This document shows positions 47,855 through 57,368 of a stretch of 64,000 nt of DNA, piece after piece. The stretch's first letter is position 1. Every line of letters begins with the position of its first letter. The translations under genes were made by a program, and so were the position numbers. Under the pieces are notes generated by a model, which was not told the DNA's origin, did not search any database, and saw nothing but the letters and a program-made list of their open reading frames with translations. Origin of the DNA: Longimicrobiales bacterium (lineage in GTDB: Bacteria > Gemmatimonadota > Gemmatimonadetes > Longimicrobiales > Gaopeijiaceae); contig CAXXKM010000003.1 of the NCBI GenBank assembly GCA_963664435.2, positions 1,120,001-1,184,000 on the forward strand, given 5' to 3'.

Positions 47855-48156
47855 TCGCTGCCTGCCCGGATCTTCAGGTGCCACGGCTCGTCCGTCCACT
47901 TGCCCGGATCGAACCGCGCCGGGTGGCGCGACGCCGCGCGGAGCACCGCGAGCATGGCCGGGTCCTTCCGGCCCGCGAGCCAGCCCGCGCCGTAGCAGCC
48001 GGCGAAGATCACGCCGCCCGCCACCAGCGAGGCCGTCGCGTTCCAAACCGAGAGCGCGAGCGTGGCGCCCAGCAGGAACAGCCGCCGCTCGACACCCAGT
48101 ACGGTCAGCGGACGGTTGAGCGCGGCGTAACCCGGCCAGCGCCTCAAGCCCCGCAT
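47851..48156 (-). CDS. virB3: VirB3/TrbD-like protein
   Basis: ALNRPLTVLGVER...KDP motif. Confidence 0.85.
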   Translation of the reverse strand: MRGLRRWPGYAALNRPLTVLGVERRLFLLGATLALSVWNATASLVAGGVIFAGCYGAGWLAGRKDPAMLAVLRAASRHPARFDPGKWTDEPWHLKIRAGSE

Positions 48157-48443
48157 CAGAACAGCCAGGCCAGGAAGTTCACGGCGCCGACGGCCATCCC
48201 GATCCCGAAGATGATCCCGGCCAGCGTGCGCTTGCTGCCGCCCTCGCCGAACGCGAACATCAGCCCGCCGACCACGATCGCGATCAGCGACAGCCCGCGC
48301 GCGATCGGACCCGTGAACTGCGTCTGTAGCTCGTCCACCGCCTCGACCCACGGGCTCGTCCCCTGCGCCAGCAGCACACCCGGCGTCAGCGCCAGCAGCG
48401 CGGCCCAGGCGGCCGCCTTCAGCGTTCTCGACAACGTTCTCAT
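48156..48443 (-). CDS. virB2: VirB2/TrbC pilin
   Basis: SPW...FTGPIARGLSLIAIVVGGLMFAFGEGG. Confidence 0.9.
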   Translation of the reverse strand: MRTLSRTLKAAAWAALLALTPGVLLAQGTSPWVEAVDELQTQFTGPIARGLSLIAIVVGGLMFAFGEGGSKRTLAGIIFGIGMAVGAVNFLAWLF

Positions 48444-48991
48444 TCGCTCTCCTCCTCGGGAGTCAGTTGTGGTGTTGGCGCCGGGGCGTCGTCCCCGACC
48501 CGGTCGTGCTCGATCCGCTCGTCCATCCATTCCAGGACCTCCGACTCGATCCAGCGCACCGCGCGCCCGCTCAGCCGGACCGCCCGCGGAAAGCGCCCGT
48601 CCGCCGACCAGTCGTAGATCGTCGTCCGCGACAGGCCGGTCAGCGCCTCGACTTCCGAGATCCGCAGGAAACGGATCGTCGGCCTCGTTCTCGCAGTCCT
48701 CCGGTCTCTACTCATCGCTCCACTCCGGTTCGTCTTCCTCCACCGTCTCGCCGGCCTCGGCGCGACAGGCCGGGCGTACCGAGCCATCGCAGCGGCCGGA
48801 TCCGCCTCGTAGGCGGCCAGGAAGGCCAGAATCCGGTCCGCCGTCCTGAGCGACGGCGAGCGCCCCCGCTCGATCTGGCGCAGCAGGTTCGGGTCGCCCA
48901 CCGCCAGCATGCCGAGCGTCGTCGGACTCATGCCCGTGCTGCCCAGAAACGCGTTCAGCCGTGCGTTGAATTGCTCCTCCAGGGTCTGCAT
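48440..48991 (-). CDS. Cro-like HTH fused to an AlpA-family regulator
   Basis: GMSPTTLGMLAVGDPNLL..GRSPSLRTADRI plus FLRISEVEALTGLSRTTIY..GRFPR..RAVRWIESEV. Confidence 0.82.
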   Translation of the reverse strand: MQTLEEQFNARLNAFLGSTGMSPTTLGMLAVGDPNLLRQIERGRSPSLRTADRILAFLAAYEADPAAAMARYARPVAPRPARRWRKTNRSGAMSRDRRTARTRPTIRFLRISEVEALTGLSRTTIYDWSADGRFPRAVRLSGRAVRWIESEVLEWMDERIEHDRVGDDAPAPTPQLTPEEESE

Positions 48992-49046
48992 GAGAGCCGA
49001 TCCAGCCGTGTCAAGGCCCGTAACGTTGAAAGGACCTTTTCCAGGA

Positions 49047-49072
49047 AGTCAACTCTTAGGAGATCTCCTAAG
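49047..49072 (-). promoter_or_regulatory. Tra operon promoter -35 (TTGACT) with an abutting perfect 18-bp palindrome
   Basis: CTTAGGAGATCTCCTAAG at 49055-49072, next to TTGACT on the minus strand (49047-49052). Confidence 0.6.
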
Positions 49073-49657
49073 TGTCCGTGGTGTAAGTAGTTATCCGACG
49101 TTGTCCGCGACGTCCGGGAGCCCGCCGCCAGTGCGGCGGCGCACACCTCCGGAAGGCGGGACGGGATGGGAGAGCGGGGGTGGCGTGCGAGGCTCGGCCG
49201 ACGGAGCCCGGCCTGGGCGCGACCGGTTCGGGACACGCGCCGGGCGGCACGACGGAAGTCGAGCGTTCGCGGGAAGGGGATGCCGTTCGCGAGGCCGGGC
49301 GGTGGCTGGGAAGAGGACGACGCTAGTGGAGCTGGTCGATTCCCGGCCCGGCGAGGGATGGCGTTCGCGGACCGGCTGCGCGCTTCATGGCATGCGCGGC
49401 CGGCGGACGGCCCTACGGCGCCAGCGGACCGACGTGCGCTGGTGCGGGGATGGCGGGACTGGAAGTCGGGGTTGGCTGTGACGCGGGCTCTACTGGACCC
49501 GGCGTCATCCGGCCCCTCAAGAAGGCGCTGCTTGGTGCAACCCTTAAGCGGCCGGGACGCGCGACACCTGCGCGCGCCCCGGCCGCTGCGGGCGTGGCCC
49601 CCCCGACGCACTCGGACCTCGTCGGGCGCGTCGGGGGACCCATCTTGCTCGGGGGCT

Positions 49658-52237
49658 TCAGTTCGTGACGACCACGGCCCGGTACTCCGTTGGGTCCCGA
49701 AGGCCGTAGCCCTCACCCGTGACCTGTAGAACGCGGACCCGGTACAGAGCGAACTGGTTGCGGTCCGGCACGTGGAACTGCATGAGGGAACCCGGCCGGA
49801 GAACGCCCGCCACGACGATCTGATGGCGCTCCCCTGTTCCGGATTCGTACAGCTCAAGACCGGGAGCCCGCACGGCGTCGATTGTGGGACCCTCCAACTG
49901 CAGCAGGACGCCGATATCGGCTCTCGCTGCCGGCCCACTCCACTCGACCGTCAGGAAACCCGGATCCGGTACGGTGGCGGCCGGGGCGGTTGGCGCTATC
50001 GCATCACCGGTGCATGACCAGGTCATTGCGGCTGCGAGCAGCACGGTGAGCGCCCATCCGGCCTTGCCCGCCCGGCGACCCGTGCCGCGGACTCGCGAGC
50101 GTCCGCGGCGCCTGGAGTTCCCCCGCCGTCCGGCTGCCGCAGCCCCGAGGAGGGCGGCGCCCGAGGTGGGACTGGAATCGGTAGGTGTTCCTCCGCACCG
50201 GGCTTCACCTCTTCGGCAGCGCTCGATCCAGGAGAGCAGGTCCCCGAGATCGTAGCCGCCGTTCCGGTTGCCCAGAAGGTCGAGCGCGGCCTGCCGGGCC
50301 TCGCTGAGCGTCCCCTCACCGAACAGCGCCGCGGCGGCCTCGTCCGGGCTCAACCCGTCCGCTACGGCCAGCGCCTCGTCCGCGACAGCCAACGGGTCTT
50401 CCACCACATCGCCGCTGGCCACGTCACCCGAGCTCGCCGACTGCCGCCAGTCCACCTTATGGCTCGGGTCGTGGCCCAGCCCCGCGTGCGTCAGGTCTGC
50501 GTCCGCACCTGTAGCCTTGGACCTGATCGTGCCACCGTTGAGCCGAAGCGTGTTCGCGACCACCGCGATCCCTTGGGTTGAAAGATTAGGCTCCACCACC
50601 ACGTGGGCGAACGTCATGTCGTCCCCTCCGCCGCTCTCGTAGCTGGCCCACTTCTCGCCCCAGTGCGCCGGGTCCATGTCGATCTTCAGCTGCGGCGTGC
50701 CCGTCACCTCCACCGGCTGGCTGAAAGTCAGCGTCACGCGGATCGTATCGCCCAAGACATAGGTGCTGTCCGCGCCGGCGTCCGATGACACGTTCACGCC
50801 GGTCGCCTCCGGCGCCGACGGCCCCTGGATCGTCGCCGAGGGGGAGTTCGACAGCGGTCGACCGTCCGGCGTGCAGATCGCGGCTGCCGCCGAGCAATCG
50901 GTCGTCGCCGCCAGCGTCACGGTCACGTCCTCGGAAGAGAGCGGCCGCACCGTGATGATCCAGCGCTGGTTCTGGTTCTGCGCCGCCCGGCGCGCGCGCG
51001 TCACTTTGCCGTTCGTCGCACTAAGCGCCTCGTCCCTGAGCTTCTTGTAGGGCAGCTTCCCGGGGAAGTTCTCGCTGAAACGAAGCTCGAAGCTAAAGTC
51101 GGCGCGCCTGCCGCCGTGCGAGGCCGGCACGTCGTGGAACGCCGCCGTCAGCGGTGCACTGTCGTCCGAGGCGGTCACAGACACGGGTTTCGAGGGCGCG
51201 AAACTACCCCCCGCCTCGAGCGAAACACGGAAGCTGTAGACCGTCCCGGCGCTCAGTCCGGTCACTGTGTGCGCCACCGCGTCGGCGGCAAGCTTCGCCA
51301 CCCTGCTCCAGGTCCCATCCGCCTGCTGCTGTTGCACTTCGCTCCAGACCTCACCCACCGACGCCGCCTGCGCTACCCACACGGCTTGATCCGGTAGCGT
51401 CCATGCTAGGTCGACCGTAGTCTGTGTCGCGTTCGACGCCGTCAAGCCGGTGGGCGGTTTCAGATGCTCCTGCGTACTCGTCCACGTCGCGACTTCGGAA
51501 TTCGCCTGATAGTTGTCGGTGAAGTGACTGACGCGGAAGTAATCAGTGTGACCCCATCCGTGTGATATCCTCATTGTTCGCGAGGTTGAGTCCGCATGGA
51601 TTGGCGCCAGTCCATAAAAGTGGAAATCCGGGTATGCCGACACGTGAACTTCCACCTTGGTCACGACCACGCCCTCGGGGTGGACGGGCGGCGTCCAGGA
51701 CAGATCGACCGTCTTCCCGAACTCGTTCGAAAACGTGAGGTCCGTCGCGGGCTTCGGAGCCAGGATGGTCACCGGCGCGTCGGAGAACTTCGGCACCAAG
51801 GTGCCGTCGGTGTAGAGCAGGGCCGCGGGTATCCCATTCGGGTACCCCGGAGAGGGGGGCGAGTTGGGGACCTCGTCCGGATCGTAGCTCACCGTGACTG
51901 TCTGCCCCGGTTCCGCACGCGTGTCGAATTCGAGTGTGGCCGTCCAGGCGTTCCACTTCATCTCAGTCGGATGCACGCTGGCGCTGTCCGAGATCCCGGC
52001 GACCGTGAACCCGTGCACGACCTGTTTGGGCATCCCTAACCCCACCGCCTTATCGAATCGGAGTGTCAGCGTCGTCCCGTCGATCCTCGCGTACTCCAGC
52101 CCCGGGGGCATGGTGTCCTGTGCCGCAGCAGTCCCGGCACCCGCCAGCAGGGCGAGGGCCAGGGCGAGTGCCGCCTGCCACGGACGCGCGAGGCACGCCA
52201 ATCCGTCCGGCTTAGTCCTTTGACCAATCATGTTCAT
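49658..52237 (-). CDS. Secreted multi-domain surface protein (SwmB-like, Fn3, Ig-like)
   Basis: Signal peptide AAAQD, DGTTLTLRFD..VTVSY, Fn3 KPPTGLTASN..LSAGTVYSFRV, C-terminal LDLLGNRNGGYDLGDLLSW. Confidence 0.8.
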   Translation of the reverse strand: MNMIGQRTKPDGLACLARPWQAALALALALLAGAGTAAAQDTMPPGLEYARIDGTTLTLRFDKAVGLGMPKQVVHGFTVAGISDSASVHPTEMKWNAWTATLEFDTRAEPGQTVTVSYDPDEVPNSPPSPGYPNGIPAALLYTDGTLVPKFSDAPVTILAPKPATDLTFSNEFGKTVDLSWTPPVHPEGVVVTKVEVHVSAYPDFHFYGLAPIHADSTSRTMRISHGWGHTDYFRVSHFTDNYQANSEVATWTSTQEHLKPPTGLTASNATQTTVDLAWTLPDQAVWVAQAASVGEVWSEVQQQQADGTWSRVAKLAADAVAHTVTGLSAGTVYSFRVSLEAGGSFAPSKPVSVTASDDSAPLTAAFHDVPASHGGRRADFSFELRFSENFPGKLPYKKLRDEALSATNGKVTRARRAAQNQNQRWIITVRPLSSEDVTVTLAATTDCSAAAAICTPDGRPLSNSPSATIQGPSAPEATGVNVSSDAGADSTYVLGDTIRVTLTFSQPVEVTGTPQLKIDMDPAHWGEKWASYESGGGDDMTFAHVVVEPNLSTQGIAVVANTLRLNGGTIRSKATGADADLTHAGLGHDPSHKVDWRQSASSGDVASGDVVEDPLAVADEALAVADGLSPDEAAAALFGEGTLSEARQAALDLLGNRNGGYDLGDLLSWIERCRRGEARCGGTPTDSSPTSGAALLGAAAAGRRGNSRRRGRSRVRGTGRRAGKAGWALTVLLAAAMTWSCTGDAIAPTAPAATVPDPGFLTVEWSGPAARADIGVLLQLEGPTIDAVRAPGLELYESGTGERHQIVVAGVLRPGSLMQFHVPDRNQFALYRVRVLQVTGEGYGLRDPTEYRAVVVTN

Positions 52238-52266
52238 CCTCGAGTTCGCCTCCTGTTTCGCAGGGA

Positions 52267-52304
52267 GTTTTGCGCGCGATAACGGGATTTATCGCGCGCA
52301 AAAC
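52267..52304 (+). repeat. lox-like recombination site 1
   Basis: GTTTTGCGCGCGATAA-CGGGAT-TTATCGCGCGCAAAAC: perfect 16-bp inverted arms around an asymmetric 6-bp core. Confidence 0.88.
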
Positions 52305-52338
52305 GCGCGGTCCTTGCGACCGAACCGGAGGCCACTCG

Positions 52339-53322
52339 ATGCCAGATGCAGACACAAAACCACACATAGATGCCTTGACCGGTGCAGAATCAGACGCGGA
52401 GGTGGCGGAGCAGTTAGCTCGCTTCTTCGAGACGGTTAGCAGCGCCTTCAGCCGCAACACGGAACGGGCGCTGAGGGCCGACCTGCGGGTATTCCTCGCC
52501 TGGTGCCAGCAGGACGGCATGTTGGCCGTGCCCGCGGGCCCCAACACCTTGATCGCCTTCATCGACGACGTGGGCAGCAGCAGGGCTCCGGCCACCGTGC
52601 GCCGCTACGTATCCAGCATCGCTACGCTCCACAAGACGCTACGCCTGCCGAACCCGGCGGACAGCACGGCCGTGAAGCTGGCCCTCCAGCGGATGTACCG
52701 GAACCGGGGACGCAGACAAACGCAGGTGACGGGGCTGACCTGGCCGCTCCGGAACCGACTGATCAAGGCGGCGGGAAAGCGGCTGATCGACGCGCGGAAT
52801 CGCGCGCTGCTAGCCGTGGCCTACGACACGCTGTTGCGCCGATCCGAACTGGTGTCGCTGGACGTGTCCGACCTGGTGGAGGAAGCCGATGGTTCCGCAA
52901 CGCTGCTCGTGCGAACGAGCAAGACGGATCCCGAGGGGGCAGGCGCCATGCTCTTTCTCGCGCGCGACACGGTGAGGATCGTCAAGATATGGCTCGGCCG
53001 CAGCGGGACGGCCGGGGGGCGGCTGTTCCGTTCGGTCCGTAAGGACGGCTCGGTGGGGGAGCAACTCCCTCCGAGTCAGGTGCCCCGCATCTACAAGTCG
53101 ATGGCCCTGCGTGCCGGGCTTCCCGCCGACACCGTGGACGCCTTGGCGGGGCACAGCACGCGCGTGGGGCCGGTTCAAGACATGATTGCCTGCGGAATCG
53201 AGTTACCGGCGATCCTGCAGGCCGGGCGCTGGAAGAGTGCGCGGATGGTGCAACGCTACGGCGAGCGACTGCTGGCGCGACGTAGCGGCGCGGCGCAATT
53301 GGCCGCCAGGCAGCAGCGCTGA
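52339..53322 (+). CDS. Cre-like tyrosine recombinase
   Basis: YDTLLRRSEL (R), RTSKTD (K), GHSTRVG (HxxR), QAGRW (W), MVQRY (Y); GGAGG RBS. Confidence 0.92.
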   Translation: MPDADTKPHIDALTGAESDAEVAEQLARFFETVSSAFSRNTERALRADLRVFLAWCQQDGMLAVPAGPNTLIAFIDDVGSSRAPATVRRYVSSIATLHKTLRLPNPADSTAVKLALQRMYRNRGRRQTQVTGLTWPLRNRLIKAAGKRLIDARNRALLAVAYDTLLRRSELVSLDVSDLVEEADGSATLLVRTSKTDPEGAGAMLFLARDTVRIVKIWLGRSGTAGGRLFRSVRKDGSVGEQLPPSQVPRIYKSMALRAGLPADTVDALAGHSTRVGPVQDMIACGIELPAILQAGRWKSARMVQRYGERLLARRSGAAQLAARQQR

Positions 53323-53464
53323 AGATTGCCTCTTCGTAGAGGTCTTAAGGACTTGCGGCCGACGGTCGGCATGACCGCTGCTCCCGGTCCTCTTCCTCCG
53401 ACTGGCGCCCGAGACTGCGGTCACATATCTTTTGACGGCGTCACAGAGATGCGATCAACTAGCT

Positions 53465-53498
53465 GTAGCGCGCGATAAATCCCGTTATCGCGCGCAAC
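53465..53498 (-). repeat. lox-like recombination site 2, inverted relative to site 1
   Basis: GTAGCGCGCGATAA-ATCCCG-TTATCGCGCGCAAC; its reverse complement is identical to site 1 over 30 bp. Confidence 0.88.
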
Positions 53499-53789
53499 GC
53501 GGACCGAAGATGTTCTGAGGACATCACCCATTCGGGCCCTCCTGTTCCATCAATTGGCGTCTTCCGGGCGAATATCGAATCACTGTGCCCGTCAAGTCGC
53601 TCTCTTTATTCACACCCGGCAGGGCTCGCCGCGTTCCTTAGGGAACCCGCGGCCGGCCGACGGACTGAATCGCCGTTCGGCCTGCCGGACTGGCTGAGAC
53701 CTCTTGCAAGGAGCATGCCCGTCGCATTGGGCAGCGCTCGCATCGTGGCGGGGCGGGAGGCAGGGGTGTGCCGAGGGCCTGTTACCTTC

Positions 53790-54180
53790 GTTGCTCCGTC
53801 ATGGCCAAGCAGCCATCCGCTACCATCACCGCGAAGCGGGACACGCGAACCCGGCCGACAACAAAGGGGTGTGCCGCGTCCTGGGCATCACCGGCCCGGC
53901 TGCGAAAGACCGCACCACGAAACAGGCTGCCGCGCTGACGGCCCGGGCGGTGGAGGCGATCCGTACTACCGCCCATGTGACGTGCACCGGACCCTGGGCG
54001 GTCGGACCGAGGACGCGCACGGCCCGCCACCGCAGACGCGTGGGCATGGCGCTCATTCAGTGATGCGGGACGCCATGCTTCGCCGCTCCGAGAATGTCGC
54101 GGTCATCTGAGCCGACGTGGGATTCGAGAACGACGGGTCGGCAGGGGTCTTTCATGCGCCGCTCAAAGAGCGACTAGGAG
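53790..54180 (+). pseudogene. Degraded second Cre-like recombinase
   Basis: AAIRYHHREAGHANPADN..KQAAALT..; MRDAMLRRSE, stop, DGS..RRSKSD, stop. Confidence 0.75.
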
Positions 54181-54368
54181 GCCAACTGGGCCACGGCCAA
54201 ACTTAGGTGGGACCGTTGCGACCGAACTACGGGCGACCCACGGCCCGCACACACCTCTCCCACGCGCCTGTCTTCAGCGTGCGTTGGTGGTGCCGCCTCG
54301 AAGCATTTGCACCGGATCGGTATGGCGGGGACCTCGTGGACCACGCCCCGCCTCGTTAACGTACTGGC

Positions 54369-54944
54369 ATGGGCAAGCAACCGGGCAGGGTCGAGGAAAG
54401 CAGCGCGCTCAACCGCGCGAAGCGTATGGGGGCGTTCATCAAGGGTGCTGGCGCGGCGTGGCGGGGGATTACGGCCGTCGGGATCCCGCCGGTAGCCCTG
54501 CGTGTGTACACGCAAGTAACCGACACCATGGGCAGTTGGGTGTGGATCGCGTCGGCCTCATGGGTCGCCGTCGGCATCGTCCTGTTCTTGCTGGTGCGGT
54601 GGCAACGAAAGAGGGTCACGGTCGCCGAAAAACGGGACCTGATGCTCGATCTGCTGAGTAACCTGCACTGGTTGACGCCAAGGTATCAGCACGACCGATA
54701 CAGTCCGATACCGGGACTCTTGAACCGAGCTAGGTGTGTCTTCGTCGAGGACTCAAGGGTCATGAAGTGGCTGAATCAGATGCTGGACAAGCCCGGTCAT
54801 CTTACCGTCCATTTCCCCGAGTTGATGGAGGCCATGTCCGAAGTCACCGGCACACCGGTTCCCGATAATCTGGAAACATGCTTCGTTGCCGGAGAGCGCG
54901 TCGAGCCGCATGACGCTGAAGAACACGCACACGCCAGCGGCTGA
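54369..54944 (+). CDS. Hypothetical membrane protein
   Basis: 191-aa ORF with two hydrophobic segments and a protein-like composition. Confidence 0.55.
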   Translation: MGKQPGRVEESSALNRAKRMGAFIKGAGAAWRGITAVGIPPVALRVYTQVTDTMGSWVWIASASWVAVGIVLFLLVRWQRKRVTVAEKRDLMLDLLSNLHWLTPRYQHDRYSPIPGLLNRARCVFVEDSRVMKWLNQMLDKPGHLTVHFPELMEAMSEVTGTPVPDNLETCFVAGERVEPHDAEEHAHASG

Positions 54945-55027
54945 GGCCGTCTACGGTCTGGAGGCCGAAGGGGAACATCCCCAAAGAGGATCCATAACCG
55001 GCCACCAACGCCTGTGCAGCGTGAGGT

Positions 55028-55330
55028 TGGAGTCCCCCGGTTGGTGGACACTCTCAAGCGTTGGATTTCAAGGCGCGGATAGTGGAATTGGTGTGGGGCG
55101 GGGCGAAGCCCGGACCATCTGGCGAAGGGAATCTGAGCCGTTTGGCGACAGCGATTCGGCGCTGGGTAAAGCAGGCGGACCTGGAACGAAGGGCTTCGCA
55201 AGGATGGGATGACGACGGTCGAGCGCAGAGAGGTTCGCGAGCTGAGGCGTGAGCTTCGCCGGGTGAGGCTTGAGCGGGACATCTTGGCAAGAGCCACGGC
55301 CTAGTTCGCGAGGGAGAGCGGCAAGATCCC
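55028..55330 (+). pseudogene. IS3-family remnant (IRL plus degraded orfA)
   Basis: TGGAGTCCCCCGG..TGGACAC end; FKARIVELV..AIRRWVKQAD..ELRRELRRVRLERDILARA*FARE. Confidence 0.8.
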
Positions 55331-55876
55331 CGGATACCCTGTCACGGCTCGGCACGGATGGGTCGTAGTGATCGGAAGACTTCCCGCGATCCAAGGGAGA
55401 ACGCGCCCCGAGGCGCTAGGAATTCACGGACTCGCCGACGCCCATCCCGACCTGCCGGCTGGGGGAGCGCCACGACGGACGGCTCCACGCGTCACGCCTC
55501 CCGCCGTCGTAAGCCTGGCGGTGGTCCCCAGTTGGAGTTGCGGACGGCGACCTCGCACACGACCGCGTTGGTTGACATCGACCGTGATCGGGCCGTGCTC
55601 CGCCAGGCCACGGAGACGGCGCCAGTCCTCGCCCAACAGCGGCGGTCTTCCAGCGTCTTAGTCGGGATACGCTCCCCCGGACGTTGAATGCTAAGAAGAA
55701 CAGTAGGTCGGGCGTCGCCGCCTTTGAAGGGCTTCGCCGTGCTCTGACTGCCGCCGCTGCTGTTCCCTCTCCGATTGCGTCCTACGTTGGCAGGACAAAT
55801 GCCGTTGTCGTATCTTCCCGTCGACGCTCCAGCTCCCGAGATTCCCCTGCGACGAAGAATAAGGATTGCGACAGCA

Positions 55877-56150
55877 ATGGTAGGCACGGCATCCGACCGC
55901 GGCACCACGATCGGCTCCGAGGTCGCGTTGTGGGTAATGGCCAACATGCTCGGCTTGATGGATGCCGGCGAGTACAGGCATGTGGTGCTCGGGCTCCTCT
56001 TCGTAAAGGGCATCTCGGACGCCTTCGAGGACCGCCGCGCTACCGTGCTGGCCGAGTGGGGGGAAGAGGCGCCGGAAGACCGCGATGAGTACGTCGCGGA
56101 CATCTTTCTGCGTCCCGCTGAAAGCCCGCTGGGAGCACCCGAAGGCTGGG
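55877..56150 (+). pseudogene. Type I R-M methyltransferase (HsdM) N-terminal fragment
   Basis: LW.MAN.L..MDAGEYRHVVLGLLFVKGISDAFE..EDRDEY; truncated. Confidence 0.8.
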
Positions 56151-56288
56151 GGCTCGCCGTCGGCCTTGACCACGATTGGATGCCAGAGCAATCACGACAG
56201 ACAGTGCACTCTATCCCCTCGACGCAGTCGACCTTCCTCACCGTTTCCGTGCTCACACACGGAATCCTATCCCGGGAGTACCTAACAC

Positions 56289-57368
56289 TTGACACAGCTA
56301 ACGTCGGAAATTGACGCTGCACGCCGTCGCGTCGTGTCGGATGGTTATGACATGTCGCTAGGTGAGCTGATCAGTCTCTACAGAGAAGAGGAACTGTTTA
56401 TCAACCCGGTCTATCAACGCTATTTTCGTTGGAACCACTCCCAGAAGACGCGCTTCATCGAGTCGCTATTGCTGGGAATACCGACTCCCCCGATTTTCGT
56501 ATTCCAGCGGCCCGAGGGAACCTGGGAGCTCATCGATGGCCTGCAGCGGCTCTCCACTGTGTTCGAGTTCGTCGGCGTACTAAAGGACAATGGTGAACCG
56601 CGTGAGGCTTCCAGTCTTTCGGGCACGAACCTCGTTCCAAGCCTCGCTGGCGTCAAGTGGACCTCGCTGCCTCGCGTAAATCGCCTTGATCTCAGGCGCT
56701 CGCGCATACGCGTCGAGATTCTCAAGAAGGAGAGTGATGAGGAAGCGAAATTCGAACTCTTCCAGAGGCTCAATACAGGGGGATCTCATCTCTCAGCACA
56801 GGAAGTTCGGAATTGTGTGCTGGTGATGGTGAAACAGGCCTTTCATGATTGGCTAAAAGCTCTGACCGAATATCCGTCATTTAGGACGACTGTGGTTCTT
56901 AGCGAGGCTGCGCGCCAGGAACAGCGAGATATGGAAATCGTCCTTCGATACATTGCATATCGACGTTCACCATATTCGCCGGGTCGCGACGTTAATGAAT
57001 ACTTGGATCACGCCGCCCTGCGGCTTGCACGAGACATGACTTCCGAGTCGCGCCAACAAGAGGAAGAAGGCTTTCACAGAAGCTTCGATTTGCTGGAATC
57101 AGCCTTGGCTGGTGACGCGTTCAAGAAATGGAATGGGCATGAGCATGGTGGCGGTTTTCTGATTTCGGGATTCGACGCCATCGCTCACGGCTTGGCCTGC
57201 AATCAAGAGGAGATTTGCAATCAAGCGGACCCGCCTTCCTGGGTAAGGGACCGGGTTCGCTCGGTCTGGCAAGAAGAAGAGTTTCAGAAGTACTCTGGGC
57301 AAGGGGTACGTGGAACAACGAGACTGAGATATCTATTGCCATTCGGCGAAACTTACTTTGCACCATGA
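56289..57368 (+). CDS. DUF262 (GmrSD-like ParB/Srx) protein
   Basis: PVYQRYFRW, IESLLLGIP, LIDGLQRL and FQRLNTGG motifs. Confidence 0.9.
   Translation: MTQLTSEIDAARRRVVSDGYDMSLGELISLYREEELFINPVYQRYFRWNHSQKTRFIESLLLGIPTPPIFVFQRPEGTWELIDGLQRLSTVFEFVGVLKDNGEPREASSLSGTNLVPSLAGVKWTSLPRVNRLDLRRSRIRVEILKKESDEEAKFELFQRLNTGGSHLSAQEVRNCVLVMVKQAFHDWLKALTEYPSFRTTVVLSEAARQEQRDMEIVLRYIAYRRSPYSPGRDVNEYLDHAALRLARDMTSESRQQEEEGFHRSFDLLESALAGDAFKKWNGHEHGGGFLISGFDAIAHGLACNQEEICNQADPPSWVRDRVRSVWQEEEFQKYSGQGVRGTTRLRYLLPFGETYFAP

Larger units (their letters stand above)
32341..49100 (-). mobile_element. Element B: ICE backbone (integrase, Xis, ArdC, VirB/VirD4 T4SS); cargo probably extends rightward
   Basis: Continuous minus-strand operon with overlapping stop and start codons, from the AlpA gene to the integrase. 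Confidence 0.85.
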
